Positions 54,776 through 64,000 of a stretch of 64,000 nucleotides of DNA are shown piece by piece. The notes beneath the pieces are model-generated. The model saw only the letters and a program-made list of their open reading frames with translations. It was not told the origin of the DNA and did not search any database. Numbering within the stretch: position 1 is the first letter of the stretch; every line of letters begins with the position of its first letter. The DNA comes from Amoebidium appalachense (Eukaryota > Protista > Ichthyosporea). The position numbers were made by a program, and so were the translations under genes. Location of the stretch: the NCBI GenBank assembly GCA_963693365.1, contig CAVNZM010000013.1, positions 9,056,315-9,120,314 on the forward strand, given 5' to 3'.

Positions 54776-55862
54776 CCCCCCCCCCCCCCCCCCCCCCCCA
54801 GATCTCCCGTTCCGGAGCAACGCTGGCAGATTGGCCCCCCACTTTGCTCCGGCCGAGCTGCTTCGAGCCACCACTACCCTGCAGGAATGCCAGGCCCTGA
54901 GTCTCAACCTCGACTCTCGGGCCTTTTACTCCCGGGTGCAAAACGTGTTCATCGATTTCTGTGTGGCATCTCGGCTGCAATCCTCCTCCGGGTCCTCCCT
55001 CCCGGCCTCCCCACACACCGTGCAACTTTTTCTCGCCTGGTGTGCCCAACGAGGGGTACAGGCCTCTTCCTTAACCGGCTACAATTCGGCCATCACCAGG
55101 CTCCACCTCGACATGGGCCTCCCTGCTCCCTACCCCCACGACAAGTCTCTGGCCCGGTTCCTACGGGGGGTGGGCAGATGGCAGCTCTCTCACAACATCC
55201 GACCCCGCTCATCCACCAGGGAACCCCTCCTGCCCTCCCACCTCAGCCTACTCCATGGCCAGTGCCCCACCAAGGCCTCCTCGGCCAATCTCCGGCTATG
55301 GACGGCCCTCATCGTCGGCTTCTGTGGTCTCCTCCGTTCAGGGGAATTTACCTCCAAGACCCTGACTTCTTTCGACCCGTCCCGTCACGTTAAACGGAAG
55401 GACGTGACCTTCAGCTACACCCCCACCGGTACTTTGTCCCATGCCACCCTCCACCTGCCAACCTCTAAGACGGATGTACAGGCCCGAGGTGTCAACGTGA
55501 CTCTAGCTGCCCTGCCCCTCACCCACTTCTCCCCAGCCCATCTCCTCCGGCAGTTCCTGGAGACAACGTCCGGTCAACCCGACGACCCCCTCTTCAGTCT
55601 CGGTGGCATCCCCTACACCAAGAGTGCTTTCTCTGCCGATTTCCGTGCCCTCCTCTCCCGGGCAGGCCTCTCACCCTCCCGGTTCGCCGGACACAGCCTC
55701 CGCATCGGGGGGGCCACAGCACTGGCTGAGGCCGGGGTCGACGACTCCCGGATCAAACAACTCGGCAGGTGGTCCTCCGACTGTTTCCTGATCTATACCC
55801 GACTTCGTCCGGCCTCCATTGCTGCCACCACCACACGTGTATTCGCCTCTATTCTTAAGTGA
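54660..55862 (+). CDS. Tyrosine recombinase
   Basis: GLLRSGEF, SKTD, HSLRIGGAT, LGRWSSDCFLIY: complete R-K-H-R-W-Y catalytic set. Confidence 0.93.
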   Translation: MPFLVTNFPGPDDSDLPCNRSPAPSPPGSTSSYPFPWANPPPPPPPPDLPFRSNAGRLAPHFAPAELLRATTTLQECQALSLNLDSRAFYSRVQNVFIDFCVASRLQSSSGSSLPASPHTVQLFLAWCAQRGVQASSLTGYNSAITRLHLDMGLPAPYPHDKSLARFLRGVGRWQLSHNIRPRSSTREPLLPSHLSLLHGQCPTKASSANLRLWTALIVGFCGLLRSGEFTSKTLTSFDPSRHVKRKDVTFSYTPTGTLSHATLHLPTSKTDVQARGVNVTLAALPLTHFSPAHLLRQFLETTSGQPDDPLFSLGGIPYTKSAFSADFRALLSRAGLSPSRFAGHSLRIGGATALAEAGVDDSRIKQLGRWSSDCFLIYTRLRPASIAATTTRVFASILK

Positions 55863-56546
55863 AACCTTTGGAGCAAGCATACTGCTCTCGTGCCGTGGTT
55901 TACAACCATTGCAGGTTCACTTTCGTCCAAGGGGATGTCCCCCTAGAGGCAACACACGTCTCGGAGTAGTTTTCATAGAGGTTTTATTTGTGGAAATTAT
56001 TGACATCAATATTTTTCTGGGTAAACACGTAGGACGGGTGTTCGATACCAACATAACCATGTAGGCTTCATTTCGTGTTTTAGCAGTTCGCGGTTGGCTG
56101 CCCGCACACGGGCACCTATTAGCCAATCAAAACATCAGATACCACAGATCACTAGAGCGAGTTATGATTGGCTCGGATCAGATTTCACATATCACTAGAT
56201 CGATTTTGATTGGCTCAGATCGGTAGGCTTAGGTATATAAGCACGACAGTTTTTAGCAGATCAGCAAGCTACAAACACATCTTCTGTGTTTAGCATCCAC
56301 AGCCTTACAGCTATATATTCCTTTTCACCCACCCACCTACACCCACACTCAACCCCCATTGATCCACACATACGTGCTGTTTTTTCACGGGGCGAAGACT
56401 TCCCCCGTTTTTTGGGCACATGGACCTCACGGATCAATAAATTGATGACTGGGGGCTTGCCGTGGTTTACAACCATTGCAGGTTCACTTTCGTCCAAGGG
56501 GATGTCCCCCTAGAGGCAACACACGTCTCGGAGTAGTTTTCATAGA

Positions 56547-59131
56547 AACCAATAACGTGTAAGTAACACATGTACATATAATATTGGCAAGGGGGGTTCT
56601 ATTCGAGCTACAACGTTGTGTTTTTTTCGTGTGACCCTCGTACTCCAGGGGCACATTCACCATCCCCCCAATAAACGTTTTGGTATATTTCTCGTGCTAG
56701 AGGCTGTTCTGTGGGTAGTTATTGAAAAACCCAAAAATGTCTAGGTAACACATGGACATATACTATGCTACAAGGGGGGTTCTATACGAGCACAACGTTG
56801 TGTTTTTTCCGTGTGACCCTCGTACTCCAAGGGCACATTCACCATCCCCCCCATAAACGTTGTGGTAAATGTCTCGTGCTAGAAGCTGTTCTGTTGGTAG
56901 TTATTGAAAAAAACCCAATAATGTGTAAGTAACACATGTGATATATTATGCTACAAGGGGGGTTCTATTTGAGCTACAACGTGGTGTTTTTTTCGTGTGA
57001 CCCTCGTACTCCAGGGGCACATTCACCAACCCCCCCATAAACTTTGTGGTAAATGTCTCGTGCGAGAGGCTGTTCTGTGGGTAGTTATTGAAAAAACCAA
57101 TAATGTCTAGGTAACACATGTACATATACTATGCTACAAGGGGGGTTCTAAACGAGCTACAACGTTGTGTTTTTTCGTGTGACCCTCGTACTCCAGGGGC
57201 ACATTCACCATCCCCCCCATAAACTTTGTGGTAAATGTCTCGTGCTAGAAGCTGTTCTGTTGGTAGTTATTGAAAAAACCAATAATGTGTAAGTAACACA
57301 TGTACATATATTATGCTACAAGGGGGGTTCTATTCGAGCTACAACGTTGTGTTTTTTTCGAGTGACCCTCGTACTCCAGGGGCACAGTCACCATCCCCCC
57401 CATAAACTGTGTGGTAAATGTCTCGTGCTAGAAGCTGTTCTGTGGGTAGTTATTGAAAAAACCAATAATGTCTAGGTAACACATGTACATATACTATGCT
57501 ACAAGGGGGGTTCTAAACGAGCTACAACGTTGTGTTTTTTCGTGTGACCCTCGTACTCCAGAGGCACATTCACCATCCCCCCCATAAACTTTGTGGTAAA
57601 TTTCTCGTGCTAGAAGCTGTTCTGTGGGTAGTTAATGAAAAAACCAATAATGTCTAGGTAACACATGTACATATACTATGCTACAAGGGGGGTTCTATTC
57701 GAGCTACAACGTTGTGTTTTTTTCGAGTGCCCCTCGTACTCCAGGGGCACATTCACCATCCCCACCATAAACGTTGTGGTAAATGTCTCGTGCTAGAAGC
57801 TGTTCTGTGGGTAGTTATTGAAAAAACCAATAGCTTAGTAGGTAACACATGTACATATACTATGCTACAAGGGGGGTTCTATACGAGCTACAACGTTGTG
57901 GTTTTTTCGTGTGCCCCTCGTACTCCAGGGGCACATTCACCATCCCCACCATAAACTCTGTGGTACATTTCTCGTGCTAGAAGCTGTTCTGTGGGTAGTT
58001 ATTGAAAAAACCAATAATGTGTAAGTAACACATGTACATATATTATTGGCAAAGGGGGTTCTATTCGAACTACAACGTTGTGTTTTTTTCGTGTGACCCT
58101 CGTACTCCAGGGGCACATTCACCATCCCCCCAATAAACGTTTTGGTATATTTCTCGTGCTAGAGGCTGTTCTGTGGGTGGTTATTGAAAAACCCAAAAAT
58201 GTCTAGGTAACACATGGTCATATACTATGCTACAAGGGGGGTTCTATACGAGCTACAACGTTGTGTTTTTTCCGTGTGACCCTCGTACTCCAAGGGCACA
58301 TTCACCATCCCCCCCATAAACGTTGTGGTAAATGTCTCGTGCTAGAAGCTGTTCTGTTGGTAGTTATTGAAAAAACCAATAATGTGTAAGTAACACATGT
58401 GATTTATTATGCTACAAGGGGGGTTCTATTCGAGCTACAACGTTGTGTTTTTTTCGAGTGACCCTCGTACTCCAGGGGCACATTCACCATCCCTCCCATA
58501 AACTGTGTGGTAAATGTCTCGTGCTAGAAGCTGTTCTGTGGGTAGGTATTGAAAAAACCAATAACTTAGTAGGTAACACATGTACATATACTATGCTACA
58601 AGGGGGGTTCTATACGAGCTACAACGTTGTGTTTTTTCCGTGTGACCCTCGTACTCCAAGGGCACATTCACCATCCCCCCCATAAACGTTGTGGTAAATG
58701 TCTCGTCCTAGAAGCTGTTCTGTTGGTAGTTATTGAAAAAACCAATAATGTGTAAGTAACACATGTGATTTATTATGCTACAAGGGGGGTTCTATTCGAG
58801 CTACAACGTTGTGTTTTTTTCGAGTGACCCTCGTACTCCAGGGGCACATTCACCATCCCTCCCATAAACTGTGTGGTAAATGTCTCGTGCTAGAAGCTGT
58901 TCTGTGGGTAGTTATTGAAAAAACCAATAACTTAGTAGGTAACACATGTACATATACTATGCTACAAGGGGGGTTCTATACGAGCTACAACGTTGTGGTT
59001 TTTTCGTGTGCCCCTCGTGCTCCAGGGGCACATTCACCAACCCCCCCATAAACTTTGTGGTAAGTGTCTCGTGCTAGAAGCTGTTCTGTTGGTAGTTATT
59101 GAAAAAACAAATAATGTGTAAGTAACACATG
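56547..59131. repeat. ~183-bp satellite array (~14 units, with a 366-bp dimer substructure)
   Basis: cgtactcca recurs about every 182-184 bp; alternating variants (gtctaggt/cttagtaggt vs gtgtaagt); artefact ORFs repeat at 58443 and 58809. Confidence 0.95.
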
Positions 59132-60344
59132 GGTTTTATTTGTGGAATTTATTGACATAAATATTTTTTCTGGGTAAACACGTAGGATGGGTGTTCGGTA
59201 TCAACATAACCATGTAGGCTTCATTTCGTGTTTTAGCAGTTCGCGGTTGGCTGCCCGCACACGGGCACCTATTAGCCAATCAAAACATCAGATTCCACAT
59301 ATCACTAGACCGAGTTTCGATTGGCTCGGATCAGATTTCACATATCACTAGATCGATTTTTGATTGGCTCAAATCGGTAGGCTTAGGTATATAAGCACGA
59401 CAGTTTTTAGCAGATCAGCAAGCTACAAACACATCTTCTGTGTTTAGCACTCACAGCCTTACAGCTATATATTCCTTTTTCATTTCTCCCTATCTTTCTC
59501 TCCGCCGGTCAGCATGCCGCCGAAAAAACGCCAGGCCTCAGCCACCGCCCCTGCCGCGGCACCTAAGCGCCTGACCCGCAGCGACCTCCGCCACAGGCTG
59601 ACCAACGCTCCCGCGGGCCCTGACGCGCCTCCGGAGGCCCATACCACCACGGACCCTCCGGCTACTCTCCCCTCTACTCCTGAAGTCCCTCCTCAGGCCC
59701 CGCCGTCCCCGCCGATGACTTCTCAAGACGCCGTCCTTGCCGCCCTCACCGCCATCAGCACCCAGATGGCTGGCGTCCTGGCCGCTCTCACCAACCGCGA
59801 CCCTCCCGCGCCCCCTGCCGCACCCCCTGCACCCGGGGAGGTTTCCCCGGGACTGCATCTCGGCCCTGACCTGGACCTACCTGCCCTGCCCGCGCCCCCC
59901 ATTACAGGTGAGAACACTGGCGACATTCAGCCGGGCACACTGCCGCTTCCCCCCGCGGATGTGCTGGCAGATTTGCGCGCCAATCGTTTCGTCGACCTGT
60001 ATAAGTTCACCCCCGCAGCCCTCCTGGCCCCATCCAAGAAAGGTCAGCAGCTGCGCATGGCCGACGACGGCAGCATCGAGGCTTTTCGCAATGACAAACC
60101 CGTTTCCCTGCGTTCACTCGTCATTTGGATCCAAGCTTGGGCCCATTACATGGCCGCCAAGCACCACCTCGATCTCCCCACGGACAAGGACGTACTTTGG
60201 ACTCAGCACATCACTCGCCTCAGCACCCGATACCCGTGGGCCCAGATCCACAACTATGACGTGTACGCCCGTACCGTTGCCCACCAGCAGGGTCGGGCTC
60301 CGATCGAGTGTCCCAACCTGCTCGCCCAACTCCACCAGGATCTC
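59132..60344 (+). mobile_element. Second Ngaro-like copy (repeat A plus 5' gag from 59514), interrupted by a Copia LTR
   Basis: Highly similar to 51086-52301; breaks at caggatctc|tgtaaa. Confidence 0.9.
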
Positions 60345-63300
60345 TGTAAAATTATATAAGTATTTGGGATGAAAGCAGAGACACAGTGGTGCAGTGTGAA
60401 AACACCACAGACACACACAACAACAAAACACGGAACGATCGGAGCAGTGTACACAACAGACATCAATGTTTAGACACGACTAAACTCAATTTATTCTGAT
60501 CTTCGAATAAATACCTGAAATTCCTCTAAGTCTAATCCATACATGATTTCCGACCAGTCGGAAATCAGATCTATCTCTAATAGAAACCAATCACTAAGAA
60601 CCAATTGCTTTCAGAGAGATCTGGTACATGGAGACGTACACGATAGGACACAGACACTAGTTAAGATCAACTCGTGTCATCATCAAGGAAGTTCTAACCT
60701 ATGACACACTGCAAAGACTCAGACATATCACACTTAACCTTGATGATTGGTTAAAGCCCGGCAACACATGAAAACTAAAGTAAATTAATGAAGTCCGTCT
60801 AAACACACATGTTATTCTAAGTGTAGCCTAAGTGTGTTACCGTCCAATGAACACGTATTAAGTAACACAAATCTACCTAACATATATTAGTAGAAAAGAA
60901 ATACGATTATACACATGAAGACAAGGAGAGAAAGAAAAGAAAATAAGGAAGGAGAAAGAGAAAGGAAAAGAGAGCACAGATCAACAAACAAGATAGTAAT
61001 AGCATAACTATAACCAGAGATATTTATGTACACACGAACATGTACACGTCTCTCCCTGAGTGGGTGGATCCGTGTACACACAAATAAATATTCTAATCGA
61101 TATCACAATACACGATTAAAGCCGATACAACACGATTACAAGTATACAAGCATATCGGAGATCGATGCTACACTTTACATAATAGGAGTGTGGCATTTAC
61201 ACTAAGCATATGAACTGAAACATAACACAAACTGAGAAGATCTTACCATATGTAAATACTACGTATTACAACATCCCCACTTAAGACGTTGAAGTTTGTG
61301 TTATCATATCCCCACTGAACTAGTGAAATCTCCCCACTTGAGAACAGAAACGAAAAAAAAAATTAAAGTGTGTACTTTTCCGGGGGGGGGGGGGGGGGGA
61401 AGGAAGGGGGGGGAAAGGGGGGGGGGGGGAAAGGGGGGGGGGGGAAGGGGGGGGGGAGGGGGGGGAAGGGGGGGGGGGAAGGGGGGGCAACAACAGCAAA
61501 GGAAGGAAAACAACCAAGGAAGTAAATAAAATATGCAGGTGAAGGTATAATATATATATTAACGGGAGCCATCCGTGGAAACATTAACCTATGTGTTGTG
61601 ACTCAGTGGGACTGGGAGTCGGCCAGTATTCGCAAAGGTGGCTAGCCTCAGGTGTATATGTGTTGTGCTAATCGATGAATCCTTAAAGTGGACAAACCCC
61701 ACTTAAGGCAAAAAAAAAAAAATACACATACAGAATCGTAGTAGTAGACGTTCCAACTGGGAAGCAGTGTAGAGGAAGCTGCTGTCCAGGGCCCCAGGTG
61801 TAGTAGAAGACCACACGATGATCACTGCACAAGGTCGGGCACACAGAGTCGATCACGGTGAGTGACATGGCTGGGACCCGGCAGTGACTTGGTAAGGATG
61901 TCAGCCAAGTTGTTGGCAGACTCGACGTAGTTGACGACAACATCCCCACTCAGGCTGGGGGGGGGAGGATAGGGGATGGGGGGTATCGAGGACGCAAACG
62001 GTAGACAGGACAACGGGGGTCACGGCATTTGGATGCGGTGTGTCGAGGGTAGCCACACGTGGTGGGGCGACCGGTGGAGGGATTGATGACCAAGGAGGAG
62101 TAGACTTGTCGTAGTTTGGAATTCGCTGGAGGGGGCGTCGAGGGTGCTTGCTGCTCGGGGTGACTGGGAAAGCCCGAACAGGGAGGGGGGTAGGTCTTCA
62201 CGGGATTTGGGTTGGGATGAGGCACGACGGAGGCAGGGTCAAGTGCAGGTAATTCCGGACGGAGGAGGTTAACTGGGTCGGATGCAGGGGCTTTGGAAAC
62301 GGGGGAAGGCAGCACAGCAAGCTGGCTGGAAACGTGGATGGGAACGACTGGACCTGGCAGCATGTCTTGCTGGCCGGGGTCGGGTGGTAATGGGGGGGAA
62401 ACAGCTGCAGGGGTAACTGTTGCCCGTGCAGAGCTGGTGGTAGCTGGGATCTCGACGAGGTTGGCCACGTGATGGGGGGAAACTGCTGCCGGAATGCAGG
62501 GCAGATCAATGGAATGTGAGGGGGCCATTGACAGTGACGGCACGGTAAGGGGAGACATGGCCGAAAACAGGGTTGGAAATCCTGGAAGGAAGCGGGTTGG
62601 ACACGGTAAACGGTTCTGGAGGGACTCAGGGTCGGGAATCCTAGGGAGGAGGGAAGCACAAAGGGCTTGGACGGGGTGGAACACGGTAGACTGGAAAGAA
62701 GTACCGAATTTGGATACTTCAGATGGACTTGATGGATGATGGTCAAGTCGGATCGAGACGGGGTGTCAAATTATCGTCCATTGGAACGCAGACGGGGTGT
62801 GAAATTATATTCGAATGCGGGTCGACGGGGTTCGAATTCGGATGGAATGGGATTTCGATGCAGGATCCTCAGGCATGGGTAGACAGGGCGGCGCGGTTGA
62901 GACCACGTCGGTGAAGTGTCAAGGAACTTGGAGCGCGATTGCAGAACCAAGGGTGGAGGACGGTTTGGCGTGACGGAGAGAAACCAGGACTGAGCTGGAA
63001 GGAGTGCAAGCTGGAATTTGAACTTGCGAGGATGTCACGGGTGTCAAGGCGTGACAAAAGCTCTTGTCAAGATGAGTCAGATCTTGTCAAGGGGAGTCAT
63101 GTGGGACCGGTTACGGACGGACGCCGGGGAGGCCTCGAGCCGAGAGGCTAGGAGACGGTGGGAACGGGGACGGACGGAACTGGAACAGCAGGCGCCAGAG
63201 ACGGGGTGTGCAGAAAGGCACAGATCGATGCAGGGGACGCCAGGGATGGATGTACACAGCCTCAGCACCAAGATGCATGAGGAGCTGACCACAGCTATGA

Positions 63301-64000
63301 TGTGTACCAGGAATTTAACGATCGCTAGGTCTAGATGTGTGTAGGGAGCGTGCATCTGGGCCCATAACCTCTTAAATTATATAAGTATTTGGGATGAAAG
63401 CAGAGACACAGTGGTGCAGTGTGAAAACACCACAGACACACACGACAACAAAACACGGAACGATCGGAGCAGTGTACACAACAGACATCAATGTTTAGAC
63501 ACGACTAAACTCAATTTATTCTGATCTTCGAATAAATACCTGAAATTCCTCTAAGTCTAATCCATACATGATTTCCGACCAGTCGGAAATCAGATCTATC
63601 TCTAATAGAAGCCAATCACTAAGAACCAATTGCTTTCAGAGAGATCTGGTACGTGGAGACGTACACGATAGGACACAGACACTAGTTAAGATCAACTCGT
63701 GTCATCATCAAGGAAGTTCTAACCTATGACACACTGCAAAGACTCAGACATATCACACTTAACCTTGATGATTGGTTAAAGCCCGGCAACACATGAAAAC
63801 TAAAGTAAATTAATGAAGTCCGTCTAAACACACATGTTATTCTAAGTGTAGCCTAAGTGTGTTACCGTCCAATGAACACGTATTAAGTAACACAAATCTA
63901 CCTAACATATATTAGTAGAAAAGAAATACGATTATACACATGAAGACAAGGAGAGAAAGAAAAGAAAATAAGGAAGGAGAAAGAGAAAGGAAAAGAGAGC
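60345..64000 (-). mobile_element. Internally deleted, non-autonomous Copia (3' LTR 60345-61273; 5' LTR from 63370 past the window edge)
   Basis: Direct repeats with about 3 internal mismatches over ~630 bp. Minus-strand PBS GGTTATGGGCCCAG (63369-63356); PPT-like AAGTGGGGA before TGTTG; RNaseH C-terminal remnant YVESANNLADILTKSL at ~61890-61945; internal region only ~2.1 kb. Confidence 0.88.

Larger units (their letters stand above)
51086..56546 (+). mobile_element. Full-length Ngaro-like tyrosine-recombinase retrotransposon with split direct repeats
   Basis: A1 51086-51434; gag, RT/RNaseH, YR; B1 55891-55979; A2 55980-56328; B2 56458-56546. No target-site duplication and no methyltransferase domain. 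I saw one mismatch between A1 and A2. Confidence 0.93.

Noticed and set aside
57712-59051. Repeated 80-aa ORFs
   Set aside because: Chance open frames in the 183-bp satellite; not maintained across units.

Overview
Eukaryotic genomic DNA, probably from a microbial eukaryote; I cannot assign the taxon. It is intron-rich and packed with (CA)n/(GT)n and poly-C/poly-G tracts, so most ORFs in the supplied track are simple-repeat artefacts. The first ~41 kb holds five spliced genes reconstructed by eye: the 3' end of an unknown gene, an 18-exon membrane Cache/HAMP-type class III adenylate cyclase, an Eis-like GNAT acetyltransferase, THOC5 (about 17 exons) and an N-formylglutamate amidohydrolase-family gene. 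A structured, 5'-truncated repeat family that always abuts poly-C is scattered through this region. From ~41 kb the sequence is repeat-only: a truncated Copia, tandem arrays, a ~183-bp satellite hosting one full-length and one partial Ngaro-like tyrosine-recombinase retrotransposon, and an internally deleted Copia nested in the second Ngaro copy. The best novelty candidates are (1) an apparent one-donor/two-acceptor splicing scheme that would fuse the gag N-terminus in frame to either RT/RNaseH or the recombinase, (2) a poly-C-associated retroposon family with compensatory base changes in an RNA fold, and (3) insertion of the recombinase element into a palindromic site of the satellite. All exon models and alignments were done by eye.
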